A DNA stretch of 64,000 bases from Tricharina praecox (taxonomy: Eukaryota). The stretch spans positions 186,001-250,000 of the forward strand of contig NW_026250409.1 of assembly GCF_024521635.1 (NCBI RefSeq), read 5' to 3'. A program made the position numbers and the translations under genes. Below, piece after piece: positions 41,888-53,724 of this stretch. Under the pieces are notes generated by a model that had not been told where the DNA came from, did not search any database, and saw nothing but the letters and a program-made list of their open reading frames with translations. Position 1 is the first letter of the stretch, and every line of letters starts with the position of its first letter.

Positions 41888-43132
41888 ATGCCGCAACTCG
41901 GCGATCTTCCCGATGAGCTCCAACTCGCAATCATCAAGTGTCTCCGGTCCCGCCGCAAGCAATCCCCAAAACATCACGCATTGGTCTCGCTGGCCGGGAC
42001 CAATCGAAGGTTCTACCACCTGACGAGGCCCTATGCGGATCCGGAGATCACCCTCGAGGAATCTGATTTCCACGACTATTTGGTCCATCTTGCCGGGGCG
42101 ACCAATCTTAATACCTTGACGATCAAGGCAAGACTGCCTCGACGCGATGAAGATCTCCAGACACTCGATGACGCCTGCAGTGTATTCGCCTCGGTGCCGA
42201 ATGTCGAGGTGATGTATCTGAAACTGGTGGTAAAACGCCAGTTCGACTGGTATCGACCTCAAAACCCCGATCCGTTGTTTACCTACGACTTTCTGGCGCA
42301 GCACTTCCAGCGGCTGGAGACCCTCGAGCTGCGCCAGGACGAGAAAAACACGAACATGGTCGTCGAGTTTTCACACGCCATTCCGCTGCTGGCACTACCG
42401 CGGCTTTCGGCCGTAACTCTCAAGCTCGTCGGCGGGGGCAAGCCCAAAGATGTTGACGAGCTGGTTTCCCAACTCGGCGGTCGGCCGAGCAACGTCCGCA
42501 GCCTCACGACGGGTCCTTCGAACCTGAGCGGCGAACTCCTCCGCGATCTCTTTTCGCGCGCGCTCACCCAGCTCGAACATCTGGACCTGGATCACCTAGA
42601 AGGCGTGTTCGTGGGCTCGTACTATAATGAGCAGATGAGAATCGGCCCCGCGCTGATGAGCGTCAAGGCGATGAAGCGGATCAAAATCTCGTACGCGATG
42701 AACAACATCGTGCCGCATAGGTGGCTCCAATCTAACGAGATCTCGTCCCTCGCCGACCACACGCTGCTGGAGTCGCTCACCATCCAGCCCGTCCTGCTGT
42801 ACGGCGTGGAAATCGACGCCCACAGTCCGGACCTGTCCCAACTTCTGCCACCGGGCCTCAAGCATCTCGATTTCTGCCGGACTGCGGGAGTAAGCGGTAA
42901 CTTCATCCTGGGGATTTACCGCAAACTGGTCGAGTTTGTCCAGTTGCGAGGTGTCGCTGCGGCAGGTGGCGCGTTGCTGTCGCTGCACGTCACTTTTGAG
43001 CTGGACTGGTCATTGGATCTTATTCAGGTGGCCGCAAAACGGGAACTCGCCGACACTTGCGAGCAATTTCAGGTCGAATTTCGTGATCATTCAAAACCTT
43101 TACATTGCTACACTTATGAGGCACAGTCTTGA
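41888..43132 (+). CDS. Intronless F-box-like protein with leucine-rich-repeat-like C-terminus (414 aa)
   Basis: N-terminal LGDLPDELQLAIIKCL...LVSLAGTNRRFYHLTRPY fits an F-box pattern; repeated LxxLxL motifs (LETLEL, LEHLDL, LESLTI, LKHLDF); GC-rich third codon positions. Confidence 0.75.
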   Translation: MPQLGDLPDELQLAIIKCLRSRRKQSPKHHALVSLAGTNRRFYHLTRPYADPEITLEESDFHDYLVHLAGATNLNTLTIKARLPRRDEDLQTLDDACSVFASVPNVEVMYLKLVVKRQFDWYRPQNPDPLFTYDFLAQHFQRLETLELRQDEKNTNMVVEFSHAIPLLALPRLSAVTLKLVGGGKPKDVDELVSQLGGRPSNVRSLTTGPSNLSGELLRDLFSRALTQLEHLDLDHLEGVFVGSYYNEQMRIGPALMSVKAMKRIKISYAMNNIVPHRWLQSNEISSLADHTLLESLTIQPVLLYGVEIDAHSPDLSQLLPPGLKHLDFCRTAGVSGNFILGIYRKLVEFVQLRGVAAAGGALLSLHVTFELDWSLDLIQVAAKRELADTCEQFQVEFRDHSKPLHCYTYEAQS

Positions 43133-43475
43133 CGAGTGATTTGGGAATGGGACTTAAAACTGGGAGCAGATGAGGATGGGGAGAGGCTGCTGTTTTTGCG
43201 TTTGTTCGAAGGGCCAGGGGCGCGAGGGGGGGTGGGTTGCTGTGAACGATATCATGAGTTTTGTTGGCATCGTTTGTGCTTTATCGCAGTCTGCAGATAT
43301 ATATATGGGTGTGAGAGCTGGAAGCTTTTTGTTTTGGGTGCCTACATAGGTCTTCACTCGATAAGGTATATACAGCAGTACATTAGGTGCCTCTTCCTCG
43401 TCCGCTTAGAACATGCTATCACTAGAGTAGAGTAGATATATTTTGCCTCTCCCCTATGACTGGTTTCATACGAAG

Positions 43476-44501
43476 CTAAAATCTGAAGAACTCCCCCCAC
43501 CTCCAGGTCTCAGGATACCTCCACCCAGCGTCATAATCCTCCAACCTCAACTCCTCCATTGACTTGCCACGATGTCTTTCGGAAGCACATATATTATGGT
43601 ACAAATGCTCCTGGTCAATACCACCCTCCCAAACTGTCATAAGATGGCCAGTGAAAAGAACGTCTGTTACCGGTCCGGCGTTAATGTTGGTCTTTGGTTG
43701 AAAAGTGAGTGGTGGAATAGTAACGATCGGCCCGCGGGATAAGCTACCAGTGACGGCTGTATTGGGCCATGTGGGAGCAGCCGTAGAAGCTGGAGGTGGT
43801 GTTGGTGCTGGTGGTGTTGGTGACGGTGGAACATGACATGTCGAAGCTGTTAATAGTGGCGCGGAAGCCGGTGGTGTTTCTGTAGCTGTTCCAGCGCTAA
43901 TCGTGGTCGTGGCGAAGAGGCTGGAGGATATCGGTTTGAAAAAATAAGACACACCGTCAAGGCTGTTGGGTAGGGCCGTAGTGGTGCTCGAAGCCGAGGG
44001 TTGGTGATCCGAAACCAGCGAGCTCCCGCTCCCGCTCGCGGGATGAGCTAAGGGTGGGGATGGTGTGGGAGCTCGTACTGTCACCAGGGATTTACTCATT
44101 GCACTTGTGATCGCACTCATTGCTTCCGTGGTGGTGGGAGACGCGGGCGTTGTTTGAAGCTCGGGAGATGCACTACCCGCAGGCCGGCTGATGGGGTCTG
44201 TTGGTGAAATATTTGAAGCCGAGGGCTGTGGACTCGAAAGCAACTCCAGCCCATCCTCCAACAGCCCTCCCAGCTCCTCCACCTCCATTCTCAGTTCATC
44301 CCACTGCCTACTCTGAGCCGCAACCCTCTCTATGAGCGCCGCAACACGTCGTCCGAGCGCTCTCTTGTCTGCGCGTAAGCGGCGGTTCTCGGCCTCTAGC
44401 GCCTGAAATCTTGTCGGTAGGCCGGAGGTGTGAGGTTCTTCGTCGTCCGAGGAGGGCGGGGAGGTGTGCCAGGGGTTATCGTAGACACCGGGGGTTGCCA
44501 T
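43476..44501 (-). CDS. Intronless coiled-coil / Ser-Thr-Pro-rich protein with C-terminal Nup98-type GLEBS-like motif (341 aa)
   Basis: Open 341-aa frame; heptad-like [29 protein letters not shown]; C-terminal [28 protein letters not shown]. Confidence 0.7.
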   Translation of the reverse strand: [341 protein letters not shown]

Positions 44502-45710
44502 TTCGACCGTGCGTGGAAGTCGCTGTGGAGTGCAAAGAGTGGGGTTGTGGAAATCCGAGGTGACGCGGGGATGGGCATCCCATGCCCATCGCGCCTACTC
44601 ATGGTGGTACGACAACGAGTAGCGATTCAGTCGTGTTCGCCGTAACGGTTTTAAGCACACACACTCCGTTTACTGACCCACGTCGGGCCGGGCACCTGCG
44701 GTGCATGTCGTGAAGGAAGCTGTCCTGCTAGGTATCAGCCATGATCTACCACGGTCGAATGCTACATATGATGATTCAACAAACAAAATCCATTTCCTGA
44801 CCCCGCTGGACACCGAAGGTCCCGGACCGACAGGGGTTTCCACTCTCCCCCATTATCCGCCGGCGTGTACTAGTAGACGACAAAAGCACGCAGAAGCAAC
44901 ACAAAAACAAATCACTCATTATCCGAAACATGCCCGCCACGGAAAATGGTTTCCCTTGACTGCCCAAAGAATAGGGGAACATCTGGGACCCCCGAGACAG
45001 CAAGTGATAATTCAGAAACGAGTACAGATGGCCATTCGGGGGGATGGATCTGACTTCGTACTCGGAGGTGCCGCGGCAAATTTTAGGACAGTGACCGGCT
45101 ACATGAGGGGGAACAACCTGGCAGCGGGAAGTAGAAAAAAGATAGAGTTGAAAATTAGGGAGAGATTCAAGCCGGCATGGAATCACAATGTGTGCTTGCA
45201 GGTAGTTGAATGAGGCAAGTTCAGGAGGGCGTCTAGCAGTGTACCATGAGGGTGTATGGACTGAGATAAGTACTCACTTGTGTATGATACTCTCTACTCC
45301 AGTGTTTTCAGATATACCCATAGTGCTGCCAATGTATTCGTCGAGAGAGAGATCTTCCTGTTTTATTTCGCATGCAGCCTATCTAGACTATGGCGAAAGA
45401 ATGTATTCGTTGAAAATGCGTCTCGTCTAAGCGGATAGCTGATATCGAGTGATAAATCGATATGCTAAAGCCTATCAACTAGCATCCCGACTTACAAGGC
45501 CCAGTTTGGTTCGCAGCTGCGGTTTGAATCTACCACCCAAAAAGTGAGCTGCAGTTTCGAACCGTCAACTTGCCCGAACGAGTGCCTGTTTGGCACACCA
45601 CCCCAATTTGACAACTCGAGAAACTGCAGATTGTCGACTGAGCCACAGTAAGTAAAAATAAACTCTATGGACAACCACCAGTAGTACATGCCAGTATCGC
45701 CCACGTAGGC

Positions 45711-45755
45711 AACCCCACCGTAGTCAATCTCACCATAGTCAACCCCACCATAGTC
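45711..45755. repeat. 15-bp tandem repeat (AACCCCACCRTAGTC) x3
   Basis: Directly visible; the middle copy is diverged. Confidence 0.75.
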
Positions 45756-46626
45756 CCTCTTCATTACGCCTACGATGTCCGACACCGGCCACGTTCTACG
45801 GTTCCTCCGTTGTGACTGTGGATAGGGGGAGTCACTTGCTCGTACGGCGCAGAGGAGGAGCCGCCATTGTGAGACGGGAGGGGGAATTTCCCAAGTGACC
45901 GGAAGGGCCACCTCGTCGCTGTAAAAAGCTAGTTATGGTTTTCTGACGTAGCCCCGAAGTGAAAAGAAAAAGAAAAAAGTACAAGTGTGGCGTGCTGTCG
46001 AATATCTGGGTTGCCGAACGGTCATCAGGGGAGTTGAGAGTTTGGAACTGCAGCTTGGCCAACCTTCAACTCGTTAAACTGCAGATTTCTAAACTGCAGC
46101 TGCGAATCAAACTGGGCCTAAGTTATGTAGCCTTGTGCTCGTAAAAGTGGGATTGCGGTATTGTGAACCTCGACGATTAGCGATATTCACTGCTCGTGGA
46201 CGGAGAGTTCGTTTATCCGTCTCATTCTATCGGAGTCGGAAAGTGAGATACCTAGTAGAGTACCGTAGTGCAGCGCCGAGTCGAGCTCCGGGTAGGTTCG
46301 GTCTATCACTGTTCCCGAATCGAGAGAAACGCTCAAGACAGCCTCCGTGGTGACATTCCAGCAATTGCCAACACAAGTCCGCACAGCGTCCGGAAAATTA
46401 TGCCATAGCTTTTGACACCCCCATAGACGGTCCCGCCTCTCGGCAAAGCCAAAAAACCCCTCAACGGCCATGCCGATGCTCTTCCGGTCACTCGCACACT
46501 TGTTCCGGTGCTGTATCGGTAACCCTGTTGCCAAGCCCTCCTGCCATCGTAACGTCCTGAAAATCAACCGCACCTTCTTCCCCACAATCTCGAACTGTCA
46601 CCCAAACTGCACTCTATAGCCACAAC

Positions 46627-48113
46627 ATGCTCGCCCTGAAACGTATCTCCTCCTCCGCTGGCGGCGCCGGTCTGCGCAGCTACTCTTCGTCGGGATACGC
46701 ATCTACCGCGAAGAACCTGAAGATCAACTCCAACACCAAGGTCATATATCAAGGTTTGTCCGTCTATCGGTCCCGCTTGCCGGAACCTTCGCGATGCTGC
46801 GAGAGAAGGAGACGAACCTTTACTGAGACATCTATGACCTACAGGATTCACCGGAAAGCAGGGATCGTACGTATATCGCCGCATTCACAAGAACGAGAGC
46901 ACCCACCGAGACGAGACGCAGGGGGAAGAGGGAGGACCGAGGCTGATGGGAATGGCCACATAGCTTTCACGCACAGCAGGCGATCGAGTATGGCACCAAG
47001 GTTGTCGGCGGTATCAACCCCAGAAAGGCTGGAACCATGCACCTCGACCGGCCCGTGTTCGGAACCGTCGCTGAGGCGGTGAGGGAGACCGGAGGTATGT
47101 CCTGGTGCCCCACCACCACCCCGCATGCGAGTGCGAACTGATTTGAGCTTTGCAACAGCCGATGCCAGGTATGGAATACACACTACACTATTCTCGCCGA
47201 GTATACGATGCGTAGGACGCTGACGCGAATTGAATCACAGTGCTATCTTCGTTCCCCCGTCGCTCGCTGCGGCATCAATAGAAGAGGCCATCGCCGCCGA
47301 GATTCCTCTGGTCGTTGCCATCACCGAGGGTATCCCGCAGCACGACATGGTCCGCGTCGTTGACATCCTCAAGACTCAGAGCAAGACCCGGTAGCTACGC
47401 ACCCGCTTGGCTCACTCCTGTCTACAATTTAATTGACAACTCATCGAATAGTCTTGTCGGCCCCAACTGCCCCGGAATCATTGTATGCCTACCCCCCTCA
47501 CGCGCTCGCCTCCATGTTTCGCGCTCATATCTAACACGATTTTCGTCCAGTCTCCAGGCCAGTGCAAGATCGGTATCATGCCCGGCATCATCCACAAGCG
47601 CGGCCGCATCGGTATCGTCTCGCGGTCCGGAACCCTCACCTACGAGGCCGTGAACCAGACCACCCAGGTCGGATTGGGCCAGAGTCTCGTCATCGGGTAT
47701 ATTCCCGCAGCTTTCTCCCCTCCACACCCTCACCGACTAACACACCTACTAGAATCGGCGGTGACCCCTTCGCCGGCACCAACTTCATCGACGCGCTCAC
47801 CGTATTCCTCGAGGACGAGGAGACCGACGGCATCATCATGATCGGCGAGATCGGAGGATCCGCGGAAGAGGACGCGGCCGACTTCCTGAAGCAGTACAAC
47901 ACCAAGGGCAAGCCGATCGTCAGCTTCATTGCCGGAATCTCGGCGCCCCCTGGGCGTCGCATGGGCCACGCCGGAGCCATCATCTCGGGAGGCAAGGGTG
48001 GCGCCGAGAGCAAGATCGCCGCGCTGGAGGCTGCTGGCGCTGTCGTCGAGAGGAGTCCTGCTGCCCTCGGAAAGACGCTGTACAACGAGTTTGTTAGACG
48101 GGATTTGTTGTAG
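46627..48113 (+). CDS. LSC1: Succinyl-CoA ligase alpha subunit, mitochondrial, 8 exons
   Basis: [53 protein letters not shown]; phospho-His motif [10 protein letters not shown]. Confidence 0.96.
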
Positions 48114-48318
48114 ACGCTTAGGCGGCGATGGTGTAATGAGGTGGTGGTGGTGGCGTGAGAAACGGAGTACATAGAATGGCTGCGCGACTTGGACTTGTGG
48201 TGGGCCAAAACATATCCGGCGGCGGCGTATGGTCGGTGGGATGGGGATTGTGCATCGATGTTGAGTGTAATTCCCGTGTCATTATATCCTTGCTTTTGTG
48301 CTTTTCCCTATGGTTTCA

Positions 48319-48560
48319 CGCGCGGAAGCAATTGTCAAGCAGTAAATACCGCCTCAGAGGTAATCATTAGAACCCATGAAAGAAGAAGTAGCCAACGACG
48401 ATGCCACCTAACCAACCAGCGGTAAGTCATGAATGTTCCGCGCGCGGAAGCAATCGTTAAGCATAGATACCGCCTCAGAGATAATCATTACAACCCATGA
48501 AAGAAGCAATAGCCAACAAAAACCTAGCTAATCAGCCAGCGGCAAGTTAGAAATGTCGCC
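48319..48560. repeat. Diverged tandem duplication, period about 122 bp
   Basis: CGCGCGGAAGCAAT..ATACCGCCTCAGAG.TAATCATTA.AACCCATGAAAGAAG..TAGCCAAC..CCAGCGG.AAGT starts at both 48319 and 48441. Confidence 0.85.
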
Positions 48561-48658
48561 CGCACATATAGCTCAAGATAACGCAAAGAAATGCGGTATC
48601 AATTAATCGTACAAACCTATGCCATCGCCATTCTCTCCACGCCCATCACTAATCTACA

Positions 48659-51387
48659 CTAACCGCCCTTTCTCTCCACCACCGCCGGTTGAACGGTATT
48701 CTCCACATGTTCCACATCTATCATATCCTCGTCAACATCGTTGGGGGAAAGCTCTCCATCGATAATATTGTGCAGGTGAAACGCCTTCGCAACCGGCGAG
48801 ACGACGCCATTTCTTTCCATCATCTCCGGCGGAGTATGGCTGTTGTCCGAGGAAACAGGCGTATTGACGTCGAGAGTCGTGGTGCTGCTGCCGACGGAGC
48901 GAAGGGAGCGGACGGAACGTTTCGGAGACACGTCGCCGAACATTTCCTCGTCGTCTTCCACGCGGCGCTTCCTCTCTGGGCTCGGAATGAGTTCTTCGTC
49001 TGCTGGAGATTCGTGAGGGTTCAACTCGGTGGCAAAGGCGGCATTGTCGTTGTCCACGAAGGTCTATATAAAGTAAGTAAGAAACTATTACGGTAATTAA
49101 TGAGGGGAAGGAGGTAGGTGCCTGCAAGGGTTCGGGCAGTGGCAGGTTCCCGCTTTCGAACGCTTCTTCATTTGCGTATACGAGGAGGACACAATCACCC
49201 ATGGTTTTCGCGGTATTCAATACTTCTTCTTCCGTGACTTTGGTGGTCCTGTAGGTGCCGGGCGGTGTACTCTCGTCCCACACAGAGTTATATTTTCCGG
49301 TGCTGTTGTCCCAGTTGTTGGTTGCGTTACTACTGCTGCTTGCTACGGCAAATTCGCAACGCCACCACTCCTCGCGAGCTCTGGATGTCTCCAGCTGGGG
49401 ATCACTGTCTCGCAAGAGAATGTACGTCGTGCTAGGATCAGTACATACACCACGGAGAGAGTATTTTGTGTAAGGCGGCAAGTCATTTGGCCTCGGGTCG
49501 TCAGGAGCCGTGAACAATTGTTTGAGCCTCTTTAACTCTTCTTGAGCTTCCTCCTTTTGACGTTCGAAGCCTAAACCATTAGTGTGGAATTTCCCATTGA
49601 CAGATGAAGTACTTACTCGCCACAATCTGTTCCAACTTCCGCAACATTTCCTTGAGAAGTGGTGTCGCGTCCACCATCTCGGGCTGCGAGTCCATCGAGA
49701 TATCGTCGTCAGAGCTCCCCTTCAGTGGTTTCGCGAAATGGTTGATAGCGCTCTCAAGGAGTGTCTTGGGGCTGTATTCCTTGCCATTCCTGGATCGGAA
49801 GCACTTGAGGCTCTCCTCTCTTGCTTCGATTGTGTATATTTTAGACTTCTGAGTCGCAATCTGCTCCTTGAGTAATTTGGCGGTCTCTAACCAAGGCTTC
49901 GAGTATCGGTCGGGGTAAAGCACCGAGGGTATGTCGAGTCCTATGCCTTGGATGTTGCCGGACTCGGTGCGAATCTGGGCGAGAAATACGTCGGCAAACT
50001 CTACATACACGAGATCTTCGTCGGACCATATTGTGTTGTCCAGCGCGCAATAGAGGCTCCTGTCACCTGGTTGTGCAGTCATTTCCAAGATGGTAAATTC
50101 CTGTTCCCTGTCTTCCCCGGTGGGCTGTATTTGATGCGCATTGGACCTGAAGACTGTGGGATAGTCCTTGGCTTCGTACAAGTTCTCTAAACAACGATTC
50201 CAACCCCTAAAAAAGGTCGCTATGGCGGCTGATGAGGAATTAGCAGGTGGACTCTTCACTTCTAGTCTCGAGGAGAGCATACAAGTCGACTCTTGTTCCT
50301 GTACTCGTGGCATGGCTGATAGGACGTCGATAGAGGCGTAAGCACGATCCGTGCTATCCAGAAATGCCATCAGGCGCTGAATCTCAGCAATTTCGTCTTC
50401 AGCTTCACAATAGCTCGGCTCATATCCGTCGACGTTTATGAACCGTGAGGTTTCTATTTTCTCGCCGCTCCACCAATCTGGCTGGTGTCGATAGTTTTGT
50501 AAAACGTGGGGTCTCGAGAGGAAGGCTTCCCTAGCTTTAGGAATGTAATGCAGGATCGTAAGGGCGTTGGCCAGATTATAACTGGTGGTCGAAGGTTTCA
50601 GGAACGCGGGACAGCCTGGCTGGCGCTTCCTCTCATGTGGCGGCAACTCTCGTGGAACTTCCTTCGTTACAGTGGTCGTGAGCGCCCACTGGCTTGGTAC
50701 GTACTCCTTATTCTCTTGGGCGGGCATGAAGTTGGGGTTGACGGGTGAAGTATGTGTGCCGGTAACTCCCATCTCCTGTGACTGGTAAGGGTGTGACCCG
50801 TGAACATCTTGCAGCGAAGCTTCCAGCGCCTGCGCCAGTTCCGGATCATCGCCGGCAGGGTCTCCATTGCAGCCAAATAGCGGCGTTGGAGGTCTCGACT
50901 TGGCTCCATTCCCGAAGACGTCTGGTGACAGAACGTCATTCCCTTGAACCTGGAAATCTAGGCAAATCAACCAGTGAACATCAAGAGCACTCCCAGGTGC
51001 AGGGTAGCTTACGGGAAGAGGTGTAATTATTTTGGTAGCTCCGTACACCTGTACTGGACGATCCTCCTTCCCGCGATTGCTCGAACAGCGATCCATCCCA
51101 TTGTCTCGCATCTCTGTCCTGTGGAGCTCGCGTCGTATTTAGCGGCGGCGGCGCAGACCGAGTCGAGGTCGGAGCTGTTTACCTTTTGAAGACCGCCATT
51201 CCAGTAATATTCGGCCGCAGAATCCGCATCGTTGTTGTGCATCTGAAGGTGAAAGTTATGAGTAAGGTTGCCCTGGCGCTGCGGGTCAAGAACTTACCTT
51301 CAAGCACTCTTCGGCATCTTCCCGGCTGATGCCCAAAGCCATCACTTGCTCCAGCGGCACCAGAGGAGTCTCGGGGACGTCAGGCAT
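48659..51387 (-). CDS. UBA-like/ubiquitin-interacting-motif protein (Rup1-like)
   Basis: N-terminal UBA-like LGISREDAEECLK-MHNNDADSAAEYY; UIM DDPELAQALEASL; PAFLKP...LTILHYIPKAREAFL; EIQRLMAFLDSTDRAYASIDVL; YSLRGV. The Rup1 similarity is from memory of the family, not from a search. Confidence 0.75.
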
Positions 51388-53724
51388 TTTGGGCAATGCG
51401 GTGTGTCGTCAGGGAATTCGGCGCGGTGTGTGTGTGAGCTTGAGGGTTGGTATTCACGCGGTCAACGGCAGGTAGTGGTGGTGGTGGGGTGGAGTGGAGG
51501 TAGAACAATGATCATTGGAGCTAGACCGGGGTTGGTGAACACTGAGCTCAGGCCCATTTTCAAGGGTGTCTTGGCGCTAGTTACAACTTTGAACGACGGA
51601 CGAGTGATGTGATTGACTAAATCGCAACGAGAGATACCGGATTACTGTGAAGTACGAGGCGTGACGGTAAAGTACCTTGTAAAGGTGTAATCTTGGCTGT
51701 AACGTTACTTGCCACATTATGTGACGATACATGACATGACTATCATATTACCGCTGGTATCCCTAATCGTAACTATTCCCACGCGGTTCGAATGCTGGAA
51801 CTGAAGATAAGGTCACTGGGATGCCGAGAAAGAAGTTAAATCGACACAACTAACACATTTGAGCCTGCTCGTGGCGGTGAGATACTTTGTAATGACGGAG
51901 AGAAGCTGTCTTCGAGAACGACCAATCACCCTCCTTAGGACTCGAACTTAACTACGAGTCGTCCAAAGCCGTATGCATAGCTACCGACGGAAGTCTCGAC
52001 ACCAGCAGTGGTCGGATAAATCACTCGGTCACATGATATCACATGGATTCCGTCATTCTGTTCTCGTTCTGAGAGATGTAGTATCATGTCATATGGGCTT
52101 TTTAGCTGCACCCCAGCAGCAGGTGGTTGCACTCGTACTCGCGAGTCGCAACATGCGAGCGCTCGCTCGGCTTTGACAGCTGGGGTGCCCGGTGCCAAGC
52201 CGCCGGTAGATTACCGAGGACTCTAGCGTGGCAGCATCACCAAACCTTCTTGCCATCGCCTGCGACTACATCACCACGAACCATCGTCGAACGAGTTGCA
52301 CTGCTGCTCTCGCCGCACAACACAATTATGGGAACAATTAATATCGCTACCAAGGCCGTTGAAAGAATTGAGAATGTGTCGCATAGCTGCATGATCGGCG
52401 CCTAGACGAAGTAAATCCGCACGTCAAACACTATTCCTCTCGCCCGTACACTGTGCTCACGAAAAGCTTGCAGATATCTTCTATGGCGCCGCGGGTCTAT
52501 ATCAGGCGTGGAATAAATGCGCAGGTCGGGCACCTCGAAGCGGCCGGGCTACAGCCCGCTGCTCGTACGCGTCCGAGCGCCCGAGACCCCCTCGCAGGGC
52601 CAAAAAGAATTATGGCCATCAAATATTCCGCGTCTCAGCCTTCGCGGATGTCGTGAATTTGCTGCAGCGTATCGGGTTTGCTATCGGAACGTATCATTGC
52701 GGCGTCGGCGGAAACTTCCGCTTAGTCTCAACCCCGAATTCTGCAAAAAATCAGTCGGCAATCAGCGTGGGGAATCATGAGTTCGTCAGATCAGATCGGG
52801 GTCCCGTTTCCTGCCGCGATGCCGAGACGAACTCTGTCGTTTCCGAGAGGCAGCAGATTCCCAGTTCTCAGCGAACCTACACAAGCCTGACCACGGTTGG
52901 CCACCATATCTAAATGCCCGATATCAAGTTCATCATATTATTTGGACGCTATCTGACTGCTCGAGAACTGGGGAGTTGTTGCGGTGTTGCTCTTCAGCGG
53001 GCGTTGGTCCGCTGGTCGCGGTTGCAGGTTCACGAAGAGCGCGGGATGGTGGCGTTCCGACTGGAAAATCGGGTCTGGGGTCAAAATTTATGTGTGGAAT
53101 CACAGTTTTGCGGTCCTTCGCCTTGTTGGTTGTTGAAAGTAAGTTGATTGTTGCGAGGTTGCTCCGGATCGCCATCAATTTTCGACTCGGCCTTCACGGC
53201 TGCATTTTGGATCAGGCTCGGGGATGCCGATGACGGGGTTGAGGCTGTGGGCTTTGTTGGCGACGTGGTTGTGGGCTGGGGGTCGTAACAGCAGCAGCAC
53301 CAGCAAGCTGAGGATCTCCAGCATCGGCACCCGCAGGGACCCCTCGAAAAGTGACAGCACCATTCAAATCAGATATCGCTTTCTACTCCATATCTCTGCT
53401 GCTGCTGCTGGTCGTCTGTTAGGATAGGATAATGAAATGACTGTTTCTATGTGACTGTGTGCGTGACTTTTTGTATTGAGCCTCGTTGGTTGGATCTTCT
53501 TGGATGGCTATTCAGTCTCAGGGCTCTCGGTGCCCCAGTTCTCAGAGACTGGTCACCTTGCCTGTTCTTTCCTCACCACCACCAAGATTCGTTCTTCCGT
53601 TCTTAACCATCCCACCACCACCGCACATCCTCATCTCTCTCCCACGCCGACCGTATACCACGACCACAACCGCACATCTATCCGCAACCGTCGCACTCGC
53701 CGTACGTACTAAAGAGGCTTTAGT

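Noticed and set aside
51925..52005. Minus-strand GTTCGAGTCC resembling a tRNA T-loop (also GGTTCGAAT at about 51785)
   Set aside because: No convincing acceptor stem, D-arm or anticodon arm can be folded.
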